From the IMG/VR virus record IMGVR_UViG_3300023202_000061: DNA of 64,000 bases; one strand, written 5' to 3'. The notes under the pieces were generated by a model. It worked only from the letters and a program-made list of their open reading frames with translations, made no database searches and was not told where the DNA came from. Every line of letters starts with the position of its first letter. Positions within the stretch are counted from its first letter, which is position 1. This stretch comes from a virus (Duplodnaviria > Heunggongvirae > Uroviricota > Caudoviricetes). Of this stretch, positions 18,922 to 26,106 are shown piece by piece. The position numbers and the translations under genes are program-made.

Positions 18922-19344
18922 AGATTCGCATTTCGCAGCTGTTTTTAGCTGTATCTTTAGTTTTTAACAGAAAAATAGATTTTGTCCTTGACGACCTGAG
19001 CGTTTTACCTCACCCTTATGAACATCATCTTTGACTCGTTTCTGAACATATAAAGTGTTCGTTACTAAAAGAAAAACATAAAAATTCATGTCCTGATTAC
19101 TTTTCGGGTCGAGAACTGGGCATATCCCAACAATACTTTTAACCGGCAGAAAAAACTGCCCTTCAACTGATAGAAAACAATGTCTTCATTTACCCTGACA
19201 CGCCAAGAGATTACCAAGCCGTTGAATAACGGTCTGGCACTCGTATGCGCTCAGAATTGGGGACATGCGGATTTTTATCAGCCAGAAGGTAGCACCTGCC
19301 GGAGTACACAGTTGATCTAAGTACACACAAAGATCATCTCGATG

Positions 19345-19377
19345 AACCGGCAGGGAAAAATCCCTAGCCGGTTTTTC
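19345..19377 (+). terminator. rho-independent terminator-like hairpin AACCGGCAGGGAaaaaTCCCTAGCCGGTT then TTTTT
   Basis: long GC-rich stem followed by T-run, just upstream of the tRNA array. Confidence 0.55.
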
Positions 19378-19417
19378 ATATCTACATTCTTTATTCAATA
19401 ACAACATAAATACCTAA

Positions 19418-19489
19418 TGGGGTATCGTCCAACGGTTAGGACAGCAGGCTTTGACCCTGTCAATGTGAGTTCGAATCTCGCTACCCCAT
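19418..19489 (+). tRNA. tRNA-Gln(TTG)
   Basis: acceptor TGGGGTA/TACCCCA, anticodon loop CTTTGAC, T-arm GTGAGTTCGAATCTCGC. Confidence 0.7.
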
Positions 19490-19586
19490 CTACCGACGAC
19501 AAGTTGGTTTGGACTCTGCAACAGTCAGGGTTCTTATCGAGGGATATGCATTTACCTCTCGGTCATTGACAACTGAATACCTTTTA

Positions 19587-19672
19587 TGCATCAGCGACAG
19601 AGTTGGAGAGCTGTGGCAGTCTGTAAAACTGTTCCCTTCGGGGTGAATAGGTTCGAATCCTATATGATGCAC
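19587..19672 (+). tRNA. tRNA-Tyr(GTA), long variable arm
   Basis: acceptor TGCATCA/TGATGCA, anticodon loop CTGTAAA, extra arm TCCCTTCGGGGTGAA. Confidence 0.55.
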
Positions 19673-19740
19673 ACCTTGAACTTTTTGTTTGGTAGGGTTA
19701 TGAACTCTAACATTCGAATGGTCAAACATTAAGTTCACCT

Positions 19741-19811
19741 AGGTCCATAGTGTAACGGTAGCACGAGAGCCTCCAAAACTCTTTGTCCGGGTTCAAATCC
19801 TGGTGGACCTG
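19741..19811 (+). tRNA. tRNA-Trp(CCA)
   Basis: acceptor AGGTCCA/TGGACCT, loop CTCCAAA, T-arm CCGGGTTCAAATCCTGG. Confidence 0.65.
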
Positions 19812-19815
19812 CTAA

Positions 19816-19883
19816 GTAACGCGCATCGAGATCATTCATCAAACTTGAAAATTGAAAACGAGGGTCTCCACTTTTTTCGTTAC
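19816..19883 (+). repeat. A/B cassette 1 (motif A 19816-19840, motif B 19862-19883), empty
   Basis: GTAACGCGCATCGAGATCATTCATC ... GGGTCTCCACTTTTTTCGTTAC; outer ends GTAACG/CGTTAC are inverted repeats. Confidence 0.6.
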
Positions 19884-19890
19884 TATTTAT

Positions 19891-19963
19891 CCTTCGGTAG
19901 CTGAGGTGGCTTTAGCGCTTGTCTGAAGAACAGGAGATGTCGGTTCGACTCCGACCCGAAGGG
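19891..19963 (+). tRNA. tRNA-Phe(GAA)-like
   Basis: acceptor CCTTCGG/CCGAAGG, loop CTGAAGA, T-arm GTCGGTTCGACTCCGAC. Confidence 0.6.
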
Positions 19964-19980
19964 CTTATATGATAACACAT

Positions 19981-20063
19981 GCTGATGTGGTGGAACGGTA
20001 GACACGGTAGGTTGAGGGCCTGCTGCTCGAAAGGGCGTGAGAGTTCGACTCTCTCCATCAGCA
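19981..20063 (+). tRNA. tRNA-Leu(GAG), type II
   Basis: acceptor GCTGATG/CATCAGC, loop TTGAGGG, long variable arm. Confidence 0.6.
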
Positions 20064-20065
20064 CT

Positions 20066-20146
20066 GCGAGAATGTAGAGCAAAGGCGGCTCAGGGGTCTC
20101 ATAAGCCCTTCCATTCGGCACGACAGGTTCGATTCCTGCTCTCGCA
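20066..20146 (+). tRNA. tRNA with CAT anticodon (Met/Ile), atypical
   Basis: acceptor GCGAGA/TCTCGC, loop CTCATAA, T-loop TTCGATT; extra nucleotides. Confidence 0.35.
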
Positions 20147-20190
20147 ACCATCCCGAAATCTAGTTTAACGGAGAGAACGCTGGTTTACAT

Positions 20191-20262
20191 TGTAGGATAG
20201 GCAATCGGTACGCCGGCTGCTGTTAACCAGTGACGATGGGGGTTCGAGTCCCTCTCCTACAG
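20191..20262 (+). tRNA. tRNA (anticodon region GCTGTTAACCAG, probably Asn GTT)
   Basis: acceptor TGTAGGA/TCCTACA, T-arm GGGGGTTCGAGTCCCTC; anticodon stem ambiguous. Confidence 0.4.
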
Positions 20263-20354
20263 CGAGAGAAGATATTCGTAGGTTCGAATCCTACCATGGC
20301 ACGACTCGGGAGGGTACGGTCATGTGGCTGGAGGAAACAAGTACTTCTCGTTAT

Positions 20355-20435
20355 TTCAGGGTGGCCGAGCGGTAAGGCAGCTGGCTGTTAACCAGTCGCA
20401 GAAATGCATCGCGGGTTCGAATCCTGCCCCTGGAG
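20355..20435 (+). tRNA. type-II-like tRNA, anticodon loop CTGTTAA (GTT?)
   Basis: acceptor TTCAGGG/CCCTGGA, D-arm GCCGAGCGGTAAGGC, extra hairpin GCAGAAATGC. Confidence 0.35.
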
Positions 20436-20436
20436 C

Positions 20437-20543
20437 AGAGTGATGGCGGAATGTGTAGTTGTAAGACTACCGGTAGACGCTAGGTTAGGCAAAAGCTGAA
20501 GTCGAGACAATTTGTCGTGGAGGTTCGAACCCTTCTCACTCTA
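20437..20543 (+). ncRNA. unusual 106-nt tRNA-like gene (canonical acceptor and T-arm, expanded interior)
   Basis: acceptor AGAGTGA/TCACTCT, T-arm GGAGGTTCGAACCCTTC; interior does not fold as a standard tRNA. Confidence 0.35.
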
Positions 20544-20547
20544 CTTA

Positions 20548-20722
20548 GATAACGCGCTTTAGAGGATCTTTCATCGGTAAAGCAAATGTATCATAAACAT
20601 TAGATTGTTGGTTCAAGTCCAACCCTCGCCACCAAACCTGTAAGGAATAAAGGAATACTTACAAGTTCAAATTTCGGCGAGGTAGCTAAATTAAACTCGG
20701 GTCTTCGCCCCTTTTCGTTATC
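20548..20722 (+). repeat. A/B cassette 2 (A 20548-20575, B 20699-20722) enclosing permuted tRNA-like halves
   Basis: 3' portion 20576-20634 (anticodon arm CAT, T-arm, acceptor-3' CCTCGCC-A-CCA), then 5' portion 20676-20698 (acceptor-5' GGCGAGG TA GCT...); the two acceptor strands are perfectly complementary. Confidence 0.55.
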
Positions 20723-20741
20723 TTATTGGTTCCATAGTTTA

Positions 20742-21023
20742 ATGGTAAAGAGAAGAGTAAAAAATACTAAACTAACTAGAGAACGTCATAGGGAGAAGAT
20801 AGCGGATATTAAAAACAATCATCCATGTGTTGATTGTGGTAAGAAGTACCCGCATTATGTTTTACAATTTGATCATTTAAAAGACAAATCATGTAATGTC
20901 TCTAATATGCCGGGTAATGTTTCATGGAAAAAAATTCAGAAAGAAATAGATAAATGTTAAATTGTATGTTCTAACTGTCATCAAATTAGAACATGGGAAC
21001 GAAGACAATCAGGGTATAGCTGA
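20742..21023 (+). pseudogene. HNH endonuclease, interrupted by in-frame TAA at 20958-20960
   Basis: HPCVDCGKKYPHYVLQFDH...KC [TAA] IVCSNCHQIRTWER: the canonical C..CH half of the HNH motif lies after the stop, and the frame runs into tRNA-Pro. Confidence 0.5.
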
Positions 21024-21082
21024 GCTTGGTTTAGCGCCACGTTTGGGACGTGGAGACGGGGGTTCGAATCCCTCTTCCCTGA
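21010..21082 (+). tRNA. tRNA-Pro(TGG)
   Basis: acceptor CAGGGTA/TTCCCTG (one mismatch), anticodon stem CCACG/CGTGG, loop TTTGGGA, encoded CCA. Confidence 0.65.
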
Positions 21083-21158
21083 CCAGAGTGTAATGTCAAT
21101 TTGGTAGACGGCCTGCCTTGGACGCAGGAGGTTGCGAGTTCGAATCCCGCCACTCTGA
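21083..21158 (+). tRNA. tRNA, loop CTTGGAC (anticodon TGG?), abuts previous tRNA
   Basis: acceptor CAGAGTG/CACTCTG, anticodon stem CCTGC/GCAGG; T-stem has a mismatch. Confidence 0.4.
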
Positions 21159-21238
21159 CCGAGTTCTTCTAATGAGGTGAAGATTAAATTTGATGACCGA
21201 GACAGATTAACTTCTGCGAATTTTCAAGCTCCCACAAT

Positions 21239-21318
21239 GCTGATGTGATGAAACTGGTAAACATAGCACGCTTAGAACGTGCCGCTTCGGCTTGGGGGTT
21301 CGAGTCCCTCCATCAGCA
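21239..21318 (+). tRNA. tRNA-Leu(TAG), type II
   Basis: acceptor GCTGATG/CATCAGC, anticodon stem GCACG/CGTGC, loop CTTAGAA, variable hairpin GCTTCGGC. Confidence 0.65.
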
Positions 21319-21501
21319 CAAACTCTTATCAAAGGAGATAATCATGAAGTCAATCGTTACACTCGTCATCTGCGTATGATCTTGCATACGCAGAGAGTAC
21401 AAGGTCATACGCGCCTCAGTAAACCATTCTGGTAACTGGGACAGACCGCTCCCTAGTTCACCTATCTCTGCACCCATCCAAGCGGTGTAAGGTGAACACA
21501 A

Positions 21502-21762
21502 ATGAGTAAGCTAGGAAAGCTCAGAGCATCTGAGCAACGTAAAGCAGCCAAGAGGGCACGTAAAGATTCCAGAAGAAGGTTCTGGGAAAATCTAATGGCT
21601 CAAGGGCTAAATCGTAAAGTCAAGAATTATGAACTTGAGAAGATGCATGGACATGATCATCCGAGAGGTCCTTGCGGAAACATAGGTTGTAAAAAATGTA
21701 ACCCACAAGAGTATAATCTCTTGACCCCACGATTGCTTCATGCAAAGAACAAACAGTCTTAA
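21502..21762 (+). CDS. hypothetical basic protein
   Basis: 86-aa ORF inside the tRNA array. Confidence 0.45.
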   Translation: MSKLGKLRASEQRKAAKRARKDSRRRFWENLMAQGLNRKVKNYELEKMHGHDHPRGPCGNIGCKKCNPQEYNLLTPRLLHAKNKQS

Positions 21763-21793
21763 TTGACCACGACGCCTGGAAGGGCGTCACCTT

Positions 21794-21866
21794 GGAAAGG
21801 TAGCTCAGCTGGTAGAGCATTTGGTTGAAGCCCAGAGTGTCGTTGGTTCGAATCCAACTCTTTCCA
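21794..21866 (+). tRNA. tRNA-Phe(GAA)
   Basis: acceptor GGAAAGG/TCTTTCC, D-arm GCTCAGCTGGTAGAGC, loop TTGAAGC. Confidence 0.7.
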
Positions 21867-21871
21867 CCGTG

Positions 21872-22051
21872 TAACGCGCACTAGAGATCTTTCATCGGTA
21901 TGTAAACCCCTGTGTCGTTAGTTCGAATCTAACCTGGGCCACAAGATCATTGCGATCCTAGACTCCTATCCCAGATAGGGACGGAGTTGCCTGGCCCGGT
22001 AGCTCAGTTGGTAGAGCAAGGAAAAAGCTTGGTCTCACCTCTTTTCGTTAC
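21872..22051 (+). repeat. A/B cassette 3 (A 21872-21896, B 22031-22051) enclosing permuted tRNA-like halves
   Basis: 3' portion ends GTTAGTTCGAATCTAAC CTGGGCC A (21917-21941); 5' portion GGCCCGG TA GCTCAGTTGGTAGAGCA (21993-22018); acceptor strands pair 7/7 with one G-U. Confidence 0.55.
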
Positions 22052-22058
22052 ACAATTT

Positions 22059-22131
22059 GTCCCCATAGATTAGCGGTTAAATCGCTTGGTTTTCACCCAG
22101 GAGATCGTCGGTTCGAATCCGACTGGGGATG
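22059..22131 (+). tRNA. tRNA-Glu(TTC)
   Basis: acceptor GTCCCCA/TGGGGAT, anticodon stem CTTGG/CCAGG, loop TTTTCAC. Confidence 0.65.
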
Positions 22132-22236
22132 CAAGGTTTAGAAGCAGGTTAGCAAATCGCGCGAATAGTGGTTCGAGTCCACACCTAAACTTAGTAGGAA
22201 AAGTGAAGTCTGCAGCTGAACAATTCCTGCGTCTAT

Positions 22237-22308
22237 GGGAGTAGATGGTCCGGTAGACCTGCTTCGCCTGATAAGCGAAGTGGCTAAGTTCAACTCTTAG
22301 TATTCCCA
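22237..22308 (+). tRNA. tRNA-Ile(GAT)
   Basis: acceptor GGGAGTA/TATTCCC, anticodon stem CTTCGC/GCGAAG, loop CTGATAA. Confidence 0.6.
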
Positions 22309-22309
22309 C

Positions 22310-22383
22310 TGGGGTAGACGATCCGGTAGATCTATTACGTCTGATAAATGTGATGCGCTTGAGTTCGACTCTCAGTACCCCAA
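22310..22383 (+). tRNA. tRNA-Ile(GAT), diverged second copy
   Basis: acceptor TGGGGTA/TACCCCA, loop CTGATAA, T-arm TTGAGTTCGACTCTCAG. Confidence 0.5.
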
Positions 22384-22424
22384 CTACGAAACCAAAGGTT
22401 TCTAAAGAAGCTTTGTCTTCATAT

Positions 22425-22492
22425 GGTGTGGTAGTTTTGGAAACAAACTTGGTTGTGACCCAGGTTAAGGGGTTCGATTCCCCGCTACACCC
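22425..22492 (+). tRNA. tRNA-His(GTG)
   Basis: acceptor GGTGTGG/CTACACC, anticodon stem CTTGG/CCAGG, loop TTGTGAC. Confidence 0.6.
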
Positions 22493-22497
22493 CACAT

Positions 22498-22582
22498 GGT
22501 AGGTCAAATCGATTGGCGACGAAAACTGTTTTGAAAACAGCCGAGCGTAACAGCCTTGGGGGTTCGATTCCCTCACCTACCG
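22498..22582 (+). tRNA. tRNA-Ser(TGA), type II
   Basis: acceptor GGTAGGT/ACCTACC, loop TTTGAAA, long variable arm. Confidence 0.55.
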
Positions 22583-22584
22583 CT

Positions 22585-22709
22585 AGACGCGCATCGAGGA
22601 GTGTTCATCGTTATGGGTGGTGAAACTGAGCATCACGCCGGACCCTAGCGGGTCCGTAGTTCTGGGTTCGAATCCCAGCCTATAACCTACTCTTTGAGTT
22701 TTTCGTCTA
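22585..22709 (+). repeat. A/B cassette 4 (A 22585-22609, B 22691-22709) enclosing a closed tRNA-like element
   Basis: interior 22610-22687 has 8-bp acceptor GTTATGGG/CCTATAAC, two hairpins and T-arm CTGGGTTCGAATCCCAG. Confidence 0.5.
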
Positions 22710-22711
22710 AT

Positions 22712-22786
22712 GGACCCTAAGCTAGATTGGAACAGCATCCGGTTCTTACCCGGAAGATATCCTCGGTTCGATTCCGAGAGGGTTCA
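22712..22786 (+). tRNA. tRNA-Lys(CTT)
   Basis: acceptor GGACCCT/AGGGTTC, anticodon stem TCCGG/CCGGA, loop TTCTTAC. Confidence 0.6.
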
Positions 22787-22815
22787 CTAAAATAATTTCG
22801 AACTATCTACTAATA

Positions 22816-23517
22816 TTGTCTCATACAGATATGATAGATAATGGTTCGATATGGTCTGAACAGAATTTCAGAAAAGCTGTTCAAAAAAGTAAAAATATTT
22901 CAGAAACATTAACAAGATTGGGATTAAATCCTCGTGGTAACTATAGAACGTTTCACAAGTATAAGAAAATCTATAGTATAGATACCTCTCATTTTCTTGG
23001 TAAAGATGAAAGATTAAAAATAGCCAGAGAGCAAAGAAAGATAACTAATCTTGATGAAATTTTAGTAAAAGATTCATTCTTTGCACCAAAGGGTCTAAAA
23101 AAGAGATTGATAGAAGAGGGGCATTTTGAATACAAGTGCTCAAGCTGTGAGATATCAGAATGGAAAGGTAAACCACTATCATTACAGATGGATCATATCA
23201 ACGGTGACAAATTTGATAACAGGATTGAAAACTTAAGGCTACTGTGTCCCAACTGTCATTCCCAAACTCCTACATTCTGTGGCAAGTCAAATAAATCAAA
23301 GCATGTTAAGTGTAAGTGCGGAAAGGAGATGTATTACAGTTCAACTCTTTGTAAAGAGTGCATTCTAAAGAATAGAAAAACCAAAATATCCTGGCCTAGA
23401 ATAGAATGGTTACAAGCAGAGGTTAAGAAGAGGGGGTTTGTAGCTGTAGGAAAAGAGTTAGGCGTTTCTGATAACGCCATCAGAAAACGAATACAAAAAA
23501 TTCGTAAGTCTGATTAG
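22816..23517 (+). CDS. HNH homing endonuclease
   Basis: HINGDKFDNRIENLRLLCPNCHSQT. Confidence 0.8.
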   Translation: MSHTDMIDNGSIWSEQNFRKAVQKSKNISETLTRLGLNPRGNYRTFHKYKKIYSIDTSHFLGKDERLKIAREQRKITNLDEILVKDSFFAPKGLKKRLIEEGHFEYKCSSCEISEWKGKPLSLQMDHINGDKFDNRIENLRLLCPNCHSQTPTFCGKSNKSKHVKCKCGKEMYYSSTLCKECILKNRKTKISWPRIEWLQAEVKKRGFVAVGKELGVSDNAIRKRIQKIRKSD

Positions 23518-23524
23518 GACTATT

Positions 23525-23549
23525 GGGGTTCGACTCCCTGGTAGCCCAC
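23525..23549 (+). other. orphan tRNA 3' fragment (T-arm GGGGTTCGACTCCC plus acceptor-3' TGGTAGCC-A) immediately after the HNH gene
   Basis: no matching 5' half nearby. Confidence 0.4.
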
Positions 23550-23550
23550 T

Positions 23551-23664
23551 GGAACGCGCCTTGTTGAGGTTTCATCTGGTGAAATGGAAAACACAATTGA
23601 CAACAAATCAATCAACTGCGGGTTCGACTCCCGCGATGGTTATACTCCTCTTCGCTCTTTCGTT
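23551..23664 (+). repeat. A/B cassette 5 (A 23551-23576, divergent B 23645-23664) with a degenerate tRNA-like interior
   Basis: interior TGGTGAAATGGAAAACAC...GCGGGTTCGACTCCCGC GATGGTTAT; the D-region resembles tRNA-Leu(CAA) at 31324. Confidence 0.45.
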
Positions 23665-23672
23665 CCAAATCT

Positions 23673-23753
23673 TGGGGTGTCATCTAACGGTAGGATGACA
23701 GGTTCTGATTCTGTTCATGCGGGTTCGATTCCTGCCACCCCAGCCCAAAACGT
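23673..23753 (+). tRNA. tRNA-Gln(CTG)
   Basis: acceptor TGGGGTG/CACCCCA, anticodon stem ACAGG/TCTGT, loop TTCTGAT. Confidence 0.6.
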
Positions 23754-23827
23754 ATTCATTCTGTCCGTGGTAACCAAAGGAGTGAATGGAACAAGGAGCC
23801 TGTACTTGGAAACTAATTCAGGTATAT

Positions 23828-23893
23828 TGAGGTATCGTCTAACGGTAGGACAACAGTCTCTGACATGTGGGAGTTCGAATCTCTCTACCTCAA
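23828..23893 (+). tRNA. tRNA, anticodon undetermined
   Basis: acceptor TGAGGTA/TACCTCA, D-arm GTCTAACGGTAGGAC, T-arm GGGAGTTCGAATCTCTC; anticodon stem does not pair cleanly. Confidence 0.4.
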
Positions 23894-23975
23894 CCATCGT
23901 CCCAGTGAGGGTTGAACTCCTTCCTGGTTGGGCTCATGAGCCCATAGCTTGCGCTTCAAGCTGGGACGTTTTCAT

Positions 23976-24048
23976 GCTAACGTGGTATAATGGCTATTAC
24001 GCTACTCTTGTAAAGTAGATGATGCAGGTTCGAGTCCTGTCGTTAGCT
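23976..24048 (+). tRNA. tRNA-Thr(TGT)
   Basis: acceptor GCTAACG/CGTTAGC, anticodon stem CTACT/AGTAG, loop CTTGTAA, encoded CCA. Confidence 0.65.
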
Positions 24049-24091
24049 CCAAATAAGTCGAGAAACTCTGGTAATACTGGAACAATTCATT

Positions 24092-24352
24092 ATGAGAATA
24101 TTTTATCTTTCATTAGTTTTCGTTTTAATTGGTTGTGGTAGTTACATGAATCCAACAACAGATGTAACACGTCCCACAGAACAACAGTTGCAGTCTTACC
24201 AAAATGTTTGGGTTTGTGAAGATGATCAGGGTGTTACTCTTTCTTGTGAGTACGACGCTGATTGTTGTGAAGATTTTTCCTGTGTAAAGGATCCTGCAGG
24301 AGGGCGTAAAGCAAAGCACTGCATTTACGATCCTAATGCGCCTAAAGAGTAA
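24092..24352 (+). CDS. small secreted lipoprotein with 6-Cys knottin-like spacing
   Basis: signal peptide with lipobox LIGC; Cys pattern C-x10-C-x6-CC-x4-C-x11-C. Confidence 0.5.
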   Translation: MRIFYLSLVFVLIGCGSYMNPTTDVTRPTEQQLQSYQNVWVCEDDQGVTLSCEYDADCCEDFSCVKDPAGGRKAKHCIYDPNAPKE

Positions 24353-24380
24353 AGGTTCGCAAGCACCTTGAGCTTGTAAA

Positions 24381-24451
24381 GGTCCCATAGTTTAATGGTA
24401 AAACAAGAGCTTGTCACGTTCTAGTTAGGAGTTCAATTCTCCTTGGGACCG
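24381..24451 (+). tRNA. tRNA-Asp(GTC)
   Basis: acceptor GGTCCCA/TGGGACC, loop TTGTCAC, T-arm AGGAGTTCAATTCTCCT. Confidence 0.7.
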
Positions 24452-24453
24452 CA

Positions 24454-24524
24454 GCGGGTTGGAGCAGTCTGGTAGCTCGGTAGGCTCATAACCTACAGGC
24501 CGCAAGTTCAAATCTTGCACCCGC
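24454..24524 (+). tRNA. tRNA-Met(CAT), elongator-type
   Basis: acceptor GCGGGTT/ACCCGC, anticodon stem GTAGG/CCTAC, loop CTCATAA. Confidence 0.6.
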
Positions 24525-24530
24525 AACTAA

Positions 24531-24633
24531 AGCAACGCGCATCGAGATCATTCATCATTAGTTCGATTCTAATATCCTCCTCCAAGTATGGGGGATAGCC
24601 CATGGGGGCTGTTGGTCTTGCCTCTTTCGTTGT
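24531..24633 (+). repeat. A/B cassette 6 (A 24531-24555, B 24613-24633) enclosing permuted tRNA-like halves
   Basis: 3' portion ATTAGTTCGATTCTAAT ATCCTCC (24556-24579); 5' portion GGGGGAT AG CCCATGGGGGCTG (24590-24612); acceptor strands pair 7/7 with one G-U. Confidence 0.5.
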
Positions 24634-24675
24634 TTAACAATCTAAGATTGTCTGGAGGCCTTAGGGCCTCTAATT

Positions 24676-24749
24676 TGGCCTCATAGTGTAACGGATTAGC
24701 ACGAGACGCTTCGAACGTTTTAGTCCGGGTTCGAATCCTGGTGGGGCTG
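24676..24749 (+). tRNA. tRNA with loop CTTCGAA (anticodon TCG, Arg?) on a Trp-like scaffold
   Basis: acceptor GGCCTCA/TGGGGCT; overall about 80% identical to tRNA-Trp at 19741. Confidence 0.5.
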
Positions 24750-24768
24750 CATAACAGGGCATACAGAT

Positions 24769-25161
24769 ATGCTCACTATTGTGGATGTTAAGAGAGAATT
24801 TGATCAAGAATACAAGAAGTCTGGTATTCAGCACTTTCTCAATGATCTTTATCATGGTACAGATAGGTTGAACTGTGATGTTCGACCAGTAGCTGGCTCT
24901 GATGCATTCTTCGGATCTTATGATTACTTCGGATCTAATATTGATCAGACTGAAACTAATCCACCAGCTGGTCCATATTGGAGAATGCAACACCTTGACT
25001 CCATGAAAGAATTTCTTGATAACAACAGAGAATACAGAACTAAGAAGATCAAGGAAATGAATAAAAAGAACCCTGGTGTTAATCAAGAAAGGGTAGCGTC
25101 TAAAAGTGATGAGATTTTAAAGATGGCTTCTATCTTTGAAGAAGCAACTATGGTCCCGTAG
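24769..25161 (+). CDS. hypothetical protein
   Basis: 130-aa ORF. Confidence 0.5.
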   Translation: MLTIVDVKREFDQEYKKSGIQHFLNDLYHGTDRLNCDVRPVAGSDAFFGSYDYFGSNIDQTETNPPAGPYWRMQHLDSMKEFLDNNREYRTKKIKEMNKKNPGVNQERVASKSDEILKMASIFEEATMVP

Positions 25162-25225
25162 CATAACTGGATAATGCACCAGTCTACGAAACTGACGATT
25201 GCAGGTTCGAATCCTGCCGGGACTG
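25152..25225 (+). tRNA. tRNA-Arg(ACG)
   Basis: acceptor GGTCCCG/CGGGACT, D-arm GCATAACTGGATAATGC, loop CTACGAA. Confidence 0.65.
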
Positions 25226-25306
25226 CCGGGAGACGGTTGTGTGTCCGTCTGAGATAAAAACCAAAACACTCCGAAGTGTCGTGACACATTGTGGCACTTC
25301 GTTCAT

Positions 25307-25375
25307 GGGCTTGTGTGACGGGTCACAGGTTTCCCTTGCACGGAAACTTTGCGGGTTCAACTCCCGACAGGTCCA
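25307..25375 (+). tRNA. possible tRNA-Ala(TGC), atypical short D-arm
   Basis: anticodon stem GTTTCC/GGAAAC, loop CTTGCAC, T-arm CGGGTTCAACTCCCG; acceptor GGGCTTG/CAGGTCC with G-U pairs. Confidence 0.3.
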
Positions 25376-25444
25376 CCGGGTTTTCATATGATAGTATTGC
25401 AGTAAGAGCGCTATATCGATACGTTTATGTGAGAACCCACCAAT

Positions 25445-25516
25445 GCTGCCATAGTACAGCGGCTAGTACGCTAAGTTGGTATCTTAGTAACCCCAGTTCG
25501 ACTCTGGGTGGCAGCT
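25445..25516 (+). tRNA. tRNA-Thr(GGT)
   Basis: acceptor GCTGCCA/TGGCAGC, anticodon stem CTAAG/CTTAG, loop TTGGTAT, encoded CCA. Confidence 0.65.
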
Positions 25517-25521
25517 CCAAT

Positions 25522-25593
25522 GCAGGATTAACTCAGCGGCAGAGTGCCCTCTTGACTAGTGGGTGGCCAGAGGTTCGAGTCCTCTATCCTGCA
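25522..25593 (+). tRNA. tRNA-Val(GAC)
   Basis: acceptor GCAGGAT/ATCCTGC, D-arm ACTCAGCGGCAGAGT, loop TTGACTA. Confidence 0.55.
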
Positions 25594-25746
25594 CTGCGTA
25601 GTATCAAATGATGTGATGTTAGACGTAACAGATCATTCAGGGTACTTCGTGTTTGGCCAAAACAACGGAACGTTCTGTAGCTTAGTTGGCAGAGCAGCGG
25701 TTCACCCCGTGTACGAGTGGTTCGAATCCCTCCAGAATGTTCAAAT

Positions 25747-25826
25747 CCGGGTGATGTCCTAATGGCAGGACGCCAGTCTTCCAAACTGGAGCGAAAGCAT
25801 AGCGGGTTCGATTCCCGTCACCTGGT
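25747..25826 (+). tRNA. tRNA-Gly(TCC), extended variable region
   Basis: acceptor CCGGGTG/CACCTGG, anticodon stem CCAGT/ACTGG, loop CTTCCAA. Confidence 0.55.
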
Positions 25827-25854
25827 CTATTCAGACATACTCTTATGAGGAAGC

Positions 25855-26034
25855 TATTCTTTGTAGTTGTATTGTTTGGTATTCTGGCTCCAGGACCCTG
25901 CAGCCCTTCTCCTCGCCCTCCTTTCGGAACCGGGATGGGTGGAGGAGGATCTTTTCATCCGTACCATCTTGGTGGATACGGTGGAGAATGTGGAGGCTTC
26001 GGAGGGTTGCCAGATGAATAATGGTCCAGTCGTC
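25855..26034 (+). CDS. small Gly-rich secreted peptide (59 aa, below track cutoff)
   Basis: MRKLFFVVVLFGILAPGPC... signal-like N-terminus then GGGGSFHPYHLGGYGGECGGFGG. Confidence 0.3.
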
Positions 26035-26104
26035 AAGTGGTAAGACGCCTCTTTTACAAGGAGGTTATCGGGGGTTCGATTCCCTCCTGGACTACTACCA
26101 ATAC
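26034..26104 (+). tRNA. tRNA-Val(TAC)
   Basis: acceptor GGTCCAG/CTGGACT, anticodon stem CCTCT/GGAGG, loop TTTACAA. Confidence 0.6.
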
Positions 26105-26106
26105 CA

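Noticed and set aside
22134-22192. 57-nt segment with tRNA-like acceptor (GGTTTAG/CTAAACT) and T-loop TTCGAGT
   Set aside because: It is too short and lacks a foldable D-arm or anticodon arm. It is probably a tRNA remnant, not called as a gene.
23584-24018. 144-aa ORF (and similar ORFs at 19912-20151(-), 22070-22576(-), 25184-25387(-), 25291-25611(+), 25584-25784(-))
   Set aside because: They run straight through several well-folded tRNA genes. They are artefacts of GC-rich stable-RNA sequence.
25668-25745. tRNA-like segment CGTTCTG...GGTTCGAATCCCTCCAGAATG between tRNA-Val and tRNA-Gly
   Set aside because: The acceptor pairs but the T-stem and anticodon stem do not. It is probably a degenerate pseudo-tRNA. 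Mentioned, not called.
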